A DNA stretch of 64,000 nucleotides, taken from contig JALMLS010000336.1 of NCBI GenBank assembly GCA_038496445.1, forward strand, positions 124,001 through 188,000, given 5' to 3'. The notes beneath the pieces are model-generated. The model did not search any database. It had not been told where the DNA came from and saw nothing but the letters and a program-made list of their open reading frames with translations. Position 1 is the first letter of the stretch. Every line of letters begins with the position of its first letter. This document shows, one piece after another, positions 1-11,653 of the stretch. The translations under genes and the position numbers were made by a program. Source of the DNA: Trichosphaerium sp. ATCC 40318. Taxonomy: Eukaryota > Protista > Tubulinea.

Positions 1-530
1 TGGTGATACATTTTTCTTTATCCGCTTATACTTGTGATGTGGGTCGAAAACTAGAAGACTCACCAGATGTTCAAATGCGGATTGTGTAATAAAATTTGGT
101 TCTTGCGCCATATTGCCATGCCAGTAAGCTGGTGCATGCGTAAGAAATAAACTCATCGTTCAACGGTTTTTTTTATTTGGAACATAGCACGTGGTAACTT
201 GTGTATCTCTGGCTTTTGAGCTTCGTAAAACGACGAACAATGTTTAACGGTTTTGATAACAATACGCACCTGCGAGAAAATGATTATCTTCAGCGAGTGT
301 GGTCACATAATACTGCTTGGGGGCATACGACATGAAGAAATAAACACGTGATATCTCTATTGGAACATAAACACTGAGATATTCTAGTTTAACCATACCA
401 AGGCTTATTGTATCATTGGACGCTCAGCGAAGCGAGTTTGTTGGCTGCTAAGAGAAGTGTTGCGAAGAAATTTCTCAGATTATATTCAAGGACTTTCTCA
501 CTTCAACCATTTTGCTTTGTTAACGGCTTT

Positions 531-2083
531 ATGTCAAAAGAGGATCCTCCAAAAAAACGTAAGCCGCCTACGTATAGCAGTTACACAGGCAGACCTGGAT
601 CAAGACCAGGCAGGCCAGGTTTACCAGGAGCAAGGCCTACGAATCGCTTGAGAGGTTTAAATACTCCACATGTACCTTTAGGCAAGTTAGAGACAAATAA
701 TAATTGCTCTAAAAGTAAACAGGTAGGGGATTAGCGTTTGCGCCTAATTTGCGTGGTACTGGTAAAAAGCGAGCGCCTACAGGCATTTTGGCTAGAGCAG
801 ATAGGAAAAAAAAGAATCGTGCGTTATATTACACGCGTATGGCCGCCTAGATGTTTAAATACGCGTAGAGGGTTACAGAATGGGTTATACACGGGCAATC
901 CCAAAACCAAAGGACGGAAGAGGAGGTCGACGCGGCCGAGGTAGAGGAGGAGGGTTCAAATTCGCGCCAAGGCTTGGGGGAACACGAACTAATTTACCAG
1001 GTAGTTGTTTATAGCTCTACACTATCTAATATATGCTCCAGAATCGCTAACAAACCCTGACGGCGAACTTAAAGATAAGAAAGAAACCGTTGAAAAGAAA
1101 TGGGACAGTACGACTTTTAAATACGTTACCATGTATCCTAAATCAACTATACAGAGAAAAAAATAGCACCTACAGCCCTAGAAATGAATATTAATCCTCT
1201 AGACTCAGGACATCCTATGACATTGCCTTTCCGAGATCCCAAAAAATTAAAACGAGAAAAAGTGAAGCAAAAGATTAATTCCTTAAAACCAGATCCTAAT
1301 ACAATGGATATTGATAACGAAGATAAAGATAAACAAGGTGGAAAGAGTGGTAAGGCTGCAGGTAAAGAAGAAGTTGAGGACGTCGCAGATAAAGTTGACG
1401 CAATGGAAATTGATGGAGAGGGTAGAGATATACGATATATAGGTTTAGAGGACTTACAATTACTTATTTAGATAGCACACAAGTTAAAAAGGAGGATGAT
1501 GATGACTCTAATGATATTTATTTCAAGTTATCTATGAACAAAGAAGGAGCAGCCGATTTATTCAGAGATGATACTGGATTGTTTGAAGGACAAGATTCTC
1601 TCTTTTTTGTACAGCTTCCTTCTTCTCTACCTTATAAAAAACCAGTTAAACAAGAAGACGGTCCAAAGAAGGTTGAGGAACCTGAGGACGATGTAAGGTA
1701 CCGTACAAAAGAGCGAACTGAAATCGGCAACAAATACAAACGTGTTTTTTCTTTGCTTTTTTTTTGAGACTGACACATTACTAGTGGCTTTAAAAACACC
1801 TTGGCAGAGTTACCAGAGAGTAACTTGGGTAAAATACGTATACATAAGTCTGGTAAGGTCACTATGAAGATGGGAGACGTTATTTTTGATGTAAGTTAAA
1901 ATTTGCTTTAAAATGTATTATTTTGCATCTGACGATTGTCCTTAGGTATCAGAAGGAATGCCAAGCGCTTTCTTGCAAGAAGTATATGGTGTATTTCCAG
2001 AAGAGGGTAAGCTTAACCAACTTGGTAAAGTTTCAGCGCGTTTGAATGTGACACCTTCTATTGATCATTTGATCAACTTGTAA
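531..2083 (+). CDS. POLR3D: RNA polymerase III subunit RPC4 (multi-exon)
   Basis: The spliced C-terminus reads LFFVQLPSSLP...GKIRIHKSGKVTMKMGDVIFDVSEGMPSAFLQEV, the RPC4/Rpc53 signature. The N-terminus is low-complexity and rich in R/G/K. ATG 531, TAA 2081-2083. The first intron (682-722) is GC-AG. Confidence 0.88.
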
Positions 2084-2317
2084 GCTCGCCCTACGCCACT
2101 GTGACCTACTTGGTGAGCATTTTAACTATTCTTGTACAATAAACAAAAAAAACATTCCTCTTAGCGTTGTAGTATGTACTTAAACGCAATGACATGCATA
2201 CCTAAGATTTCCTAAAAACAAAGAAGCATTGTCAGAGCGTATGCGGTCAATTTTCAAGAACTTTTCGTTAAGTTGATTGGGAACGGACCTTAAAACCATA
2301 ATTAAAGCGTTTTGCTT

Positions 2318-5081
2318 ATGGCAGCACCTGCGCCACGTGGTGTTTTCAGCATTAAGACGTTACTTAATAAACAAGACGATCGAGCAGAGTTAGTGGGTTT
2401 TTTTTACATATTTTGAGCTTATTATTACGCCAGACAAGTAAAAAAAGAAGCGTCTAGGGACTTCTACAATGATATTGATAAGTTTTTGAAAACACATGGC
2501 AGAAAGACTGGTAATGTGTTGATAGTTTAATTACGTCTTCGTAACATCTCTGATAGCCGGTGCTATCCCTGAGATAGAAATTCGATTGGGTAGAACGGTA
2601 GATAACCGCTATTTGCCTGGATTATCTAAAAGGAAGTTTCAATACCTTCTAAAGTGCCTAAAGGAACGTTATCGAGGCCAGCAACAACTCCCGCTTCGTA
2701 AAACCGTAGATTACTACTTCGACAAGAACGTACGGATAATTACAGGCTTTAGATACAGTAAATAGTATAATTTTACATCTGCGAAGCGTCACGCAGTTTT
2801 TTATTGATTTTAACGCCATTTTCCACTGTATCCATGATAATCGTTGTATTAACTTTTTTTGTAATGTAGACTTACGGAAAAGGGCGTATAACTGTTGATA
2901 TGATAGGTGGTCGTACTTTTGAGATCACCAAGACGACGCTCGCCAACGTAAACATTATTCATGATCAATACACTTGGCGGTACGTCAACGCACAGAGTAT
3001 TTAAAATGAAGTCAAAAAAAATTCTCATTCAATTGAGCGAGTTTTGGCGTTAAACTCTTTGTGACTGATGTTTTTTGTAGATGTTCATCTTGTAATGAAA
3101 CGGATGAGACGCCTTATCTTGATACTATACCAAACGATTGGGTTCTAAAGCGAGGAAAGGTAAACAACCACAAAACAATAACCATAGAGAACTCAATCAA
3201 TTGATTGAAAAAAGCCTTTTTTTTGTTCTCTCAGAGATTAAAATCCACACCAATATCCATACACGCATATGTATATTACTTACTAGACCATGAAATGTAT
3301 TTTAACATTATTCAATTACATAGAAACGATGGAAGTTTGTTGACTCTGATCACCCTTACTGGCGTATTGATGTGACTGAAATTAGTACATATTATCCGCG
3401 TATAGAACACCCTGTTCGTAGTTACGAAGCAGAGATTGAATTACTTTCTCAAGTCGACGATATTCATGATACAAAGAAACGAGCATCTATACTTCACTAC
3501 GCTCTAAAGATAATAACAATGATAGAGAATATAATCGATAAAGCCGGGACAGAACAAAGTCTAATTAAATCGCTTATAAATACCGTTGAGGTTAATAGGA
3601 ACTCAGCTGTTGGTAAAGTACGTAGTGGTAAAGCCGTTTTAGAGCGTTAACGTTAAATTCGAATACTTACAGCTTTTTTTTTGTTAGGCAGCTATAGATT
3701 CGTGTTTTAAATGTTTCCCAGTCGGTACTCTTCGCGAAGGAGATCGTTTTCCTGTACGCCATCGTTGGCTTTTTTTTGAACAAAATCGTTTTCAAGACTT
3801 GCCATTTTAGGCTTTTTTTTTTTTTTTGTCAGACTCGTTCGGTTTTTTTTTTTCGGATTGTTGTTCCTTTTGTTGACTTGGGTATTTTAGGGATCTATGC
3901 CTGTATCGTTTGGTAAAACGGCATTACGTGTAATAAGAAATGGAGACTACTTTGTATCCGAAAAAACAGATGGAGAGCGTTTCTTTCTTCTTATAAACTC
4001 TGACGGAGTTTATTTAATAACAAGAAAATTCGAAGTCTATGAGGTACGTTCAGTTTTTCTTAATTTTTTTTTTTTTCGGTTTTGAGTCGAGTCACTTAAA
4101 CGTCTTGTAACCTGGTTTATTGTTTTCTTTTGTTTTCTAATACACTTATTTATAAAGATTAAATTCCCTTTGCTCCAAAAAATACTCTCTGATGATATTG
4201 GTGATGGTAACGGAGCTAACAAAGTGACTTTGCTTGATGGGGAGTTAGTCCGAAATTTAACAATGTCGAAGCCTCAATTCCTTGTCTTTGACATCTTAAC
4301 GCACCGTAGTCAATATATGGGTGATAAAGAACTTCTTAGGCGTCTAGAGAGTATTGGTAAAATAATTAAAGTTACAAGACCACAAGCAACACCACAGGAC
4401 CCGTTCATGATGAACTCTAAAAAATTTTATTTCAAAAAAGATTTCAAATCATTGCTTAAAGAGATGGACCTTGTCAATCATGTTTTTACTGATGGTAAAA
4501 CAAGAACTCATAAAACAGATGGTATCATATTCACACCAACAGAAGCTTATTCATGCTATGTAACAGATAACCTATTTAAATGGAAATTCCTTGAAAAACA
4601 AACAATGGATTTCAGAATCGAACAGACAAAGTACAATGACATGTTATGGAATTTTTACTGTGTCTCTGGTAAGGGTAGTACTCTTACAAAGAGGAACGCT
4701 AGATTACTACCTGATGAGCATAATCTGCTATTATCTGATATAGCAGATGCTTATCCTAAAGAAGAGAATAACGGACCTGTTATTGGTGAGTTTTCTTTTG
4801 ATCCAAAATATGGTGTTTGGAGGTATCATACTTTACGTCCGGATAAACCTTATTCGAACCCTGTTACTACTATTATTGAAACACTTGAAGCTATTGCAGA
4901 GAATATTACTATAGATGACCTCAGAGAGGTTTGTTGCTTTGAAGCAAAGAGGAAGCCAAGCTCAGATGGTAGTCAAGAGAGACCTGCTTCAAACAGTAAT
5001 AGAGAGAGACCGAGCACTGACTCAAATGACCAAAGACCAACAAAACGTCAAAAAACTAAAGATGAGAATAGTCAATTGTGA
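2318..5081 (+). CDS. Bifunctional mRNA capping enzyme: N-terminal CYTH/TTM RNA triphosphatase fused to guanylyltransferase (about 9 exons)
   Basis: N-terminal exons give EIEIRLG, RITVD, KRGKKRWKF, WRIDVT and YEAEIEL (tunnel metalloenzyme motifs). The C-terminal half gives FPGSMPVS, SEKTDG (motif I), LDGELV, FLVFDIL, TDGIIF, FKWK and RPDK. All splices stay in frame. Confidence 0.9.
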
Positions 5082-5777
5082 GCAATTTGATAACTTCACA
5101 TGGGTTTGACAAAAAAAAAAACCAAAAAAAAAATAAAGAATAAAGTTATTTCTCTTGCATTGTCACTTTTATCGCTGCTCACTTCATGACCTTCGCTGCA
5201 GCCACTTCATGCGGCGCTTTCATCTATAACACGTGCACGAGGTGGTATAAACCCAGAGGGCAAACGTTGAAGAGTGGAGGCAAGTAAAATCTGACAAGCT
5301 AGAATGTCGAAGTTTGATAACTTAACACTATATAGTGAACCACAACAGTATGGAGTACTTGCTTCTGTTTTTGAGTAAGTGAACACTCAACATCTTTACC
5401 AGTTGTCCTCATCTTCGTCGCTTGTACACTCCTTGTACTTTTGACAGCACCTGGTTTAGCCAGCTATAGCCGTTAAACGCTCACCGAAAATGAGTGTGTT
5501 AATACGCTTTTGGCGTAGTGGTATATACTATGCGACACACCTCTTTCCTGAAATCACATACCAGATAGTTTAGGTTGATTGCTTGTTTTATTTGTGGTCC
5601 ATTTCAAAGCGTCTTAACTTATTCCTTTCAATTGTCGTTAAAAAGCAAACTGACTTGCACTTACCAACACAGAGAACATTTGCATAGTAGTATTCCGTGA
5701 CGTTCTACTAACCTAAGTATAGAGTCATAGTTTTCACATTATTGTGTTTGTTCAAATCATTTTCTTGACTGTTCAGT

Positions 5778-7026
5778 TTATAGCTCTAGTTTTATTTTAT
5801 TTATACTGGTACTATCAGAGAAGTACATATAACCTTGATGATAAACTAAACCCATGGGACCGTCAAGCTCTGAATCAAGTTTAACTTTCACAACATCTTC
5901 TGATTCTGGAAAAAGACGAAACAACCCTTTTACGTTGAAGTAATATACACTATCTAGTATTACCTAGTTAGTATCACAAGAGGTTTAATTAAATATATGT
6001 GAAACATGTTACTGATAGTAAGTGTTATTTACCTCTAGCACAACAAAGATACCAGCCACCGCTTATACAAGATGATGTACATATCTTTGGTATTTTATCA
6101 TTCTTGAGATTCATCTTCCATACAGCCCTCGTTGTACGTATAAACAAGTTCCCTTTCCTATCCATATCGACGCCTTTTGGTGCTCTGAACGGAGCTAGTT
6201 TTGATGATGAAATTATACGGAATATTGAAGAACTGTCATCAAGGATATTGATTGTTTGATTGTCACTGTCAGTAAAAATAACTTGATCATTTTCTCCAAT
6301 GACGACACCTCTTATCCATCCTTTACCGGAATGAACTGCTGATATATCTCCCGTAGATGAGTTAATTTTTTTCACACTCTTGTTGATGAAACAAAAGTTA
6401 GTAGGAGAAATCACTCAAAGAGTGCACGCCACTATTGAAAAAAAATTGTGTTTCTACTTTCTAGTAAAATCACGTGCCCTATTGGCTGCGTCAGCGATAT
6501 AAATATTATTCTTACTATCCACTGCGACATCATGAGGGTATGAAAGACTACCACCTGCGCATTCAAAGGTTGAAACCTCGTTAGTCTTCAAACAAAGTTT
6601 GCGAATGCGATGGTTTTGATTATCAGTTATAATAAGCTAGAACACAGTTATTTCGCCAGAAACGTTAATAAACACGTACGTTATTATCAGAATCGAACGC
6701 TAAACCGCGTATATCATCAAATACAGCAATATCGGCTGAACCTTGTTTTTTGTTAAACCAAGTGCTGTAATAGCGTTTAATAATTATGTACCATCTACAT
6801 AGCCGAGTGTTTGACCTGTTACGCCAATAACTTTGTAAATTGTTGAAAGCTCCTAAACTTCACTTAGAACTCATAAATTCGCCATAACGTTACGTTCTTT
6901 GTGTAACCGACAAGATTTTGTGAGGGAATTAAACTGAGAGCAAGTCTGAGCCACTGATGAAAGATCTGACGGCGTCATGACGAATTCTAGTATGTGTAAA
7001 ACCATTTCTACAGGTAATGTATCCAT
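5778..7026 (-). CDS. F-box protein with NHL-repeat beta-propeller, copy A
   Basis: MDTLPVEMVLHILEF...SVAQTC (F-box), followed by GYVDG...FDDIRGLAFD, ITDNQNHRIRK and YPHDVAVDSKNNIYIAD (NHL blades). Paralog at 20765-22166. Confidence 0.82.
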
Positions 7027-7089
7027 TGTTGCAGCGGAAATAGCGCAGGATCAGGCCACATATGTCAACCTTAGTCAAATGATGGTACA

Positions 7090-7103
7090 TTGTCACGTGA
7101 CAA
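7090..7103. promoter_or_regulatory. 14-bp perfect palindrome TTGTCACGTGACAA (extended E-box/G-box, Cbf1/CLEAR-like) about 65 bp upstream of the F-box/NHL copy A ATG
   Basis: Read directly from the sequence. A regulatory role is inferred only from position and motif identity. Confidence 0.4.
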
Positions 7104-7129
7104 GGTATTTACTTGTTTTGTTTATTCTT

Positions 7130-8898
7130 TTACAGTTGCAACAATAACATTACAATCAAGGGTATTACCAATCGTACACCTGATATTAAACTACAATTAC
7201 TGGTTTGTGATATAACTACAGAAGGTGTTGGCGATGTTGTTGTAGAAGTTGATGGCACGCTTGGTGTTGGCGTTGCTGAAGCAGTAGGCGCCGTAGGTGT
7301 ATTTTGCATTGTTGGCGCTTCTGTAGGTATAGTAGATGGCAATGATGGTACAGCAGTTGTAGGGATAGCTGATCTTGGGGAGACTGTTGTAGGTGTATCA
7401 GTAGTATGTGGGTTTGTTGTAGGTAAAGTTGTTGGTAGAGCAGTTGGAGCAAGTGTAGTTGGAGTAGTTGTTGTCGGTGGTAAAGTCGTAGGAGGTAAGG
7501 TCGTTGGCGGTAAGGTAGTAGGAGGTTGCGGTAAAGTTGTTGGAGGTGCAGTTGGCTCAAGTGTAGTTGGAGGGGCTGTTGTTGGAGGTAAAGTTGTTGG
7601 AGCAACTGTTGTTGGCGGCAAAGTTGTTGGTGGCGCAGTTGGAGCAGTTGTCGTTGGTGGAGTAGTTGTTGGTGGTGGCGTAGGTGGTGGAGGAGCTAGA
7701 ATTACTTCAGCTTTGAAATCATCTTCAGTCACAATGTCAAAAGGATCTATTTCAAGCCTAGTAGTGGCGGTATATCAGTATTTTCAAGTTGTATATGTAA
7801 GGCGTACATGAGTGTTGTTGAGTCTGGAAATGATAAACCAACTGGAACAGGGAATGTAACAATACCAAGTGAAGATGCTGAGAAAGAGGTATTAGAACTT
7901 TGGTAAACACCATTTTTTATGTATTTTTAAATTGAAACAAGTGGTAAATGGACGTACCCGATGGATTATACTCAGCCCAATTGACTCGGGCATACAATTT
8001 AGGAAATCCAGTATTTACTAGTATAGACTCAATTCTAACCGTGACTGTATTACCATCAATGTCAACATCAACAATTAGCTGTGAGGGTTGTGGGAAACTT
8101 GATTCTATGCTTGTATAATTTACAGGTACATTCACTGAGGGTGTTGTAATACTGCTTTCGTAACCAGATGTTAACAAATCAGAAAAGCTGATATTTACAA
8201 GTGTTCCTTCATCTATTTTTTGGGTTTTGTGTCAGTAAACTTCAGATGTAAACATTTTAGACAAACAACGGACTTACCAATGATGGTGGGCTGTTCGGGT
8301 AAATCAATTTCAACAGTATGTGTTCCCGCGACGTACGCATTGCTGGGTATGTATACTCTAAAGGCACGTTAAAACCAGAACAGGTAAATATGTGGTGAGC
8401 GTACTGTATTGATGTTGAGTTTGGAAATGAGACTATCATTGATGACGCTACACCTCGTGGAAATGAATTTGATTCAATTATAGCATCTAAAAACTCGAAT
8501 AAGGTCTTTTCAGTTACTTCATTTGATGTGAATTTTGATGTACCTGCTGTGTTGTAGGGTGATAGATCTACAATAAAGTAGTACTCGCCAAAGAAAGATG
8601 CTCCAGTAAATACATAGGAAACCGATATTGTTGTAAACGATACATCCAGTTGTGCTGTAAATGCAGAACCAATTGTAAATTGAGATTCTAAGGCAGAGTC
8701 GTTCACTGTGACCATCGACTCTGGAAATAAGTTTGTTGAAGTCGGTGATGATCCTGCAAATATAGATACAACAGATCCCTCCGCTATTAAATAACGTTAC
8801 CGAAAATGTGGAATTAATCTGGTATTCGTACTTGGTTGTGCGGAAATGGAGTGTATTATGAGATACAAGACGACTAATGAAATGAAGAGTTGATGCAT
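7130..8898 (-). CDS. Secreted, probably GPI-anchored mucin-like surface protein
   Basis: Signal peptide MHQLFISLVVLYLIIHSISAQP, a beta-rich ectodomain, a long Pro/Thr stalk, and a hydrophobic C-terminus (VRLVIPLIVMLLLQL*). Confidence 0.8.
7440..7695 (-). repeat. Degenerate coding tandem repeats of about 15 nt (LPPTT/APTT units)
   Basis: The ORF 7130-7732 contains a PPTT/APTT/LPPTT array. Confidence 0.85.
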
Positions 8899-9132
8899 TG
8901 ATAGTTTAAGTATTTGAAAAACGACTTTCGATTTTCACATGAACTACTCCACTGTGGATCATTCTTACCAAATAATCCAATTATTGTATGCAATGTAAAA
9001 TGAGTGTTAAACCAAAGAACAATCACTTCTTCACTGGAGGAAGTGACAACTTTGAAACATAGTGGTCTCGTTCAGTGAACGTTGCAACTCGCAAATCCAC
9101 GGAAAAAATGATGTACAAAGTCGGTTTTATTT

Positions 9133-10433
9133 TTACATTAGACAGCACCTATCAGAGCTATTATGAATGTTTGAAATTCTATACTGTAGACCCATTAATG
9201 TTGCTTCATAGAAAGCTACAAACGCAATTATTTGTTTGAAATCAAAAATTAAATTAAAAAAAAAATTGGTTTTACAAGTCACGTGCCATCATTGACACCT
9301 GAATTATCCTTTGCACTTGTTTCAACATAACTATGCGCCTAGAAATTAATTTAAAAATTGTAGCATAAAACTGGATAAAGGGCGCATTGACATACACCTA
9401 TTGCAGAAGCTAATTGTTTTCCTTGTTGGAAAGAAATATGCTTTTCATTCTCATCATCTCTGATATCTAACTTATTACCAACAAGTAAAACAGGTACACC
9501 TGGTGTATGGTAATTGATTTCAGGACTAAACTGAAACAAACTAGCTTCAGATGACGAACAACAAAATGCTAACGTAACTGTAGTTGTAATCTTATCAAAA
9601 CTATATTTGTTGGTAAGATCAAAAACGAGTACCATCACATCCTAAATAAATGACGGAGTTAAATCAAAACCAACATATCTATATCTACTAGATTAAGTGA
9701 ATGCTAAATACAAACAGAGTATCAGATTATTCCTTGTAGACTCAAGTTGAGTTGTTGTTTTTTCAAAAAAGCCTCATTAGATGACAGGCTTTGTTCAACA
9801 AACAGAGAGAACAGGATTGGTTTGGAGTAGAATAAACTCTCGGTGGCTCTAATGCAACACACGAGTAAGTGTTTATCTATTCCTCTTTTCATTATGCGGG
9901 TAATATGGCAGACTCAAAGTTAAAGAATGCGTGTTGGAGTTGTCACAAAATGTGTCAAAGTTGAAAGGACAATAGCACGTGATTGGCGTTAAAAACTTAC
10001 GTACTGCGTTAGTATAACCCAGCGGCCGTAATCTATCATAATCTTCACCTCCTGGAGGGGTGTCAACTAACTCTAAACAACAAATGGGTTTTTTACCTTT
10101 AATACCTAAATTACGCACCCAATACTGTTCGCCCGCATTTTGTTGAAAAAGGGTGTCTTGAGTACATTTAGATAATATTTTATCTTTAAACGTTTAAACG
10201 TGCTTTACTCTATCGTGAGTGCTTGGCGTATAGTCTGGCGAGAACTGATCTTACAGTAGGCGTTATTTTCAATTGTGGAGCGTTTTGTACCATCAACGAA
10301 TCTAAACAACAAACTAGTCTTTCCTTGGCGCTGTAAGTACCTTTGTAATGGCGTACGTATTAAAGTTCAACATACCAACGTTAAAGTGGCCTGTTAGAAC
10401 TACTTTGAGAGGGTGCTCGGCGGTACCCTCCAT
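9133..10433 (-). CDS. Atypical Rho/Rac-family small GTPase with CAAX (CCLM)
   Basis: Spliced product: LKVVLTGHFNVGKTSLL, DYTPSTHD, VDTPPGGEDYDRLRPLGY, LVGNKLD, VETSAK, ...SDRCCLM*. The last intron is GC-AG (donor 9286). Confidence 0.87.
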
Positions 10434-11653
10434 AACGAATATAATACCTATTTTAACACCACTTAATACAGTAATATGTCTTAGGCGACTTTATTCTACC
10501 AACCAACACATTTCTTGAGACTGAACTAGGATTGACGTTTAATGTGACTGGTTGTGTGGATATCAACGGAACAGTGGAATTGGAAGAAGACAATGAAACA
10601 AGTTACAAGTTGCTTTGAGATTCGGAGTTTGAACTGTAAGATAAGTCTCAGCGATGACTTTACAGCAGCCACACCAAATTGTGTTCTTGATGTTACACTT
10701 AACAGTAGGTAGAAAATATGGCGCTGTTAACAAACGATTACTTGCTGATATACTTTTATTAACAGGGCAGGCAACAATACTGAGACCACCATCGTGCGAT
10801 TGTAATAATTACTATTGTACTCGCTGTTCCCAAGATTAGACGCGGAATACTGCCATTTAGAGACTATGAAAAAACACGTGCAAAAACAATAAAATAATAA
10901 GATTGTAACCCATACAGATTACCTACCACGTTTTAGTGAAACCACAATTAGTATACTATTCTGTTGAACCTACCAATGCTCGCTACTCCATAACATGTGA
11001 TCCTCGTTTTGGTTAAATCTTTCCAGGATCTAGATCTAGCGCTCGTGTAGTACAAGAAGCTGTATGTTTTCTTGTACAAACCATGACAAAACCATGCGCT
11101 AGTTGGTATGTGCGAATTGTTTAAAAGAACTACCCTAGTACCATAAAACTCGAAATAGTAAATGGTTTTTTTGCTCTTGGGTTCTACTCTTTCTGATGTA
11201 TGGAGAAAACCAACCACATTGAAAAATATGGAATCACGCTAGTTATACTCACTTATGATACCACACCATAGAAATATAGTAGATCTATCATAGTAGTGTC
11301 CGCACATGAAAAACATTACGAACTTTCGTTTTCTGTTTGATTTTACTATCACTTTGTTTCCTTATCTTCACGCCTACAGAATACGCGAACAAAAGGTATC
11401 GCCATGTGATCGAAACGACACGGGGTCTGTTTACCCGCAGCTCGCTAGTTATTTTGTACACTGCTCGTAATATTCGCTTGCTCCCGCTTGTCGTTTCTCC
11501 GCACGTGTAGGCACAATACATATAAAGTCTGTCTTTCTCTACCTAGCGCTAGGTTAAGTTTGTGTGTTCGTTTTAAAACTCGCCATAAAAAAGCAGAATC
11601 TCGTGAACATATCGTTAACAGCAACTCTTGAGCTTTCAAAGCTTGTTGTAACT

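Noticed and set aside
7113-7811. 232-aa Val/Gly-rich plus-strand ORF (and the Gln/Leu-rich ORF 7216-7605)
   Set aside because: These are antisense and alternate-frame shadows of the Pro/Thr repeat exon.
10948-11521. Minus-strand fragments with intron-like boundaries and a faint Tudor/PWWP-like look (YYFEFY...WFVQENIQLL)
   Set aside because: No splice model gave a convincing protein. It may be a decayed gene.
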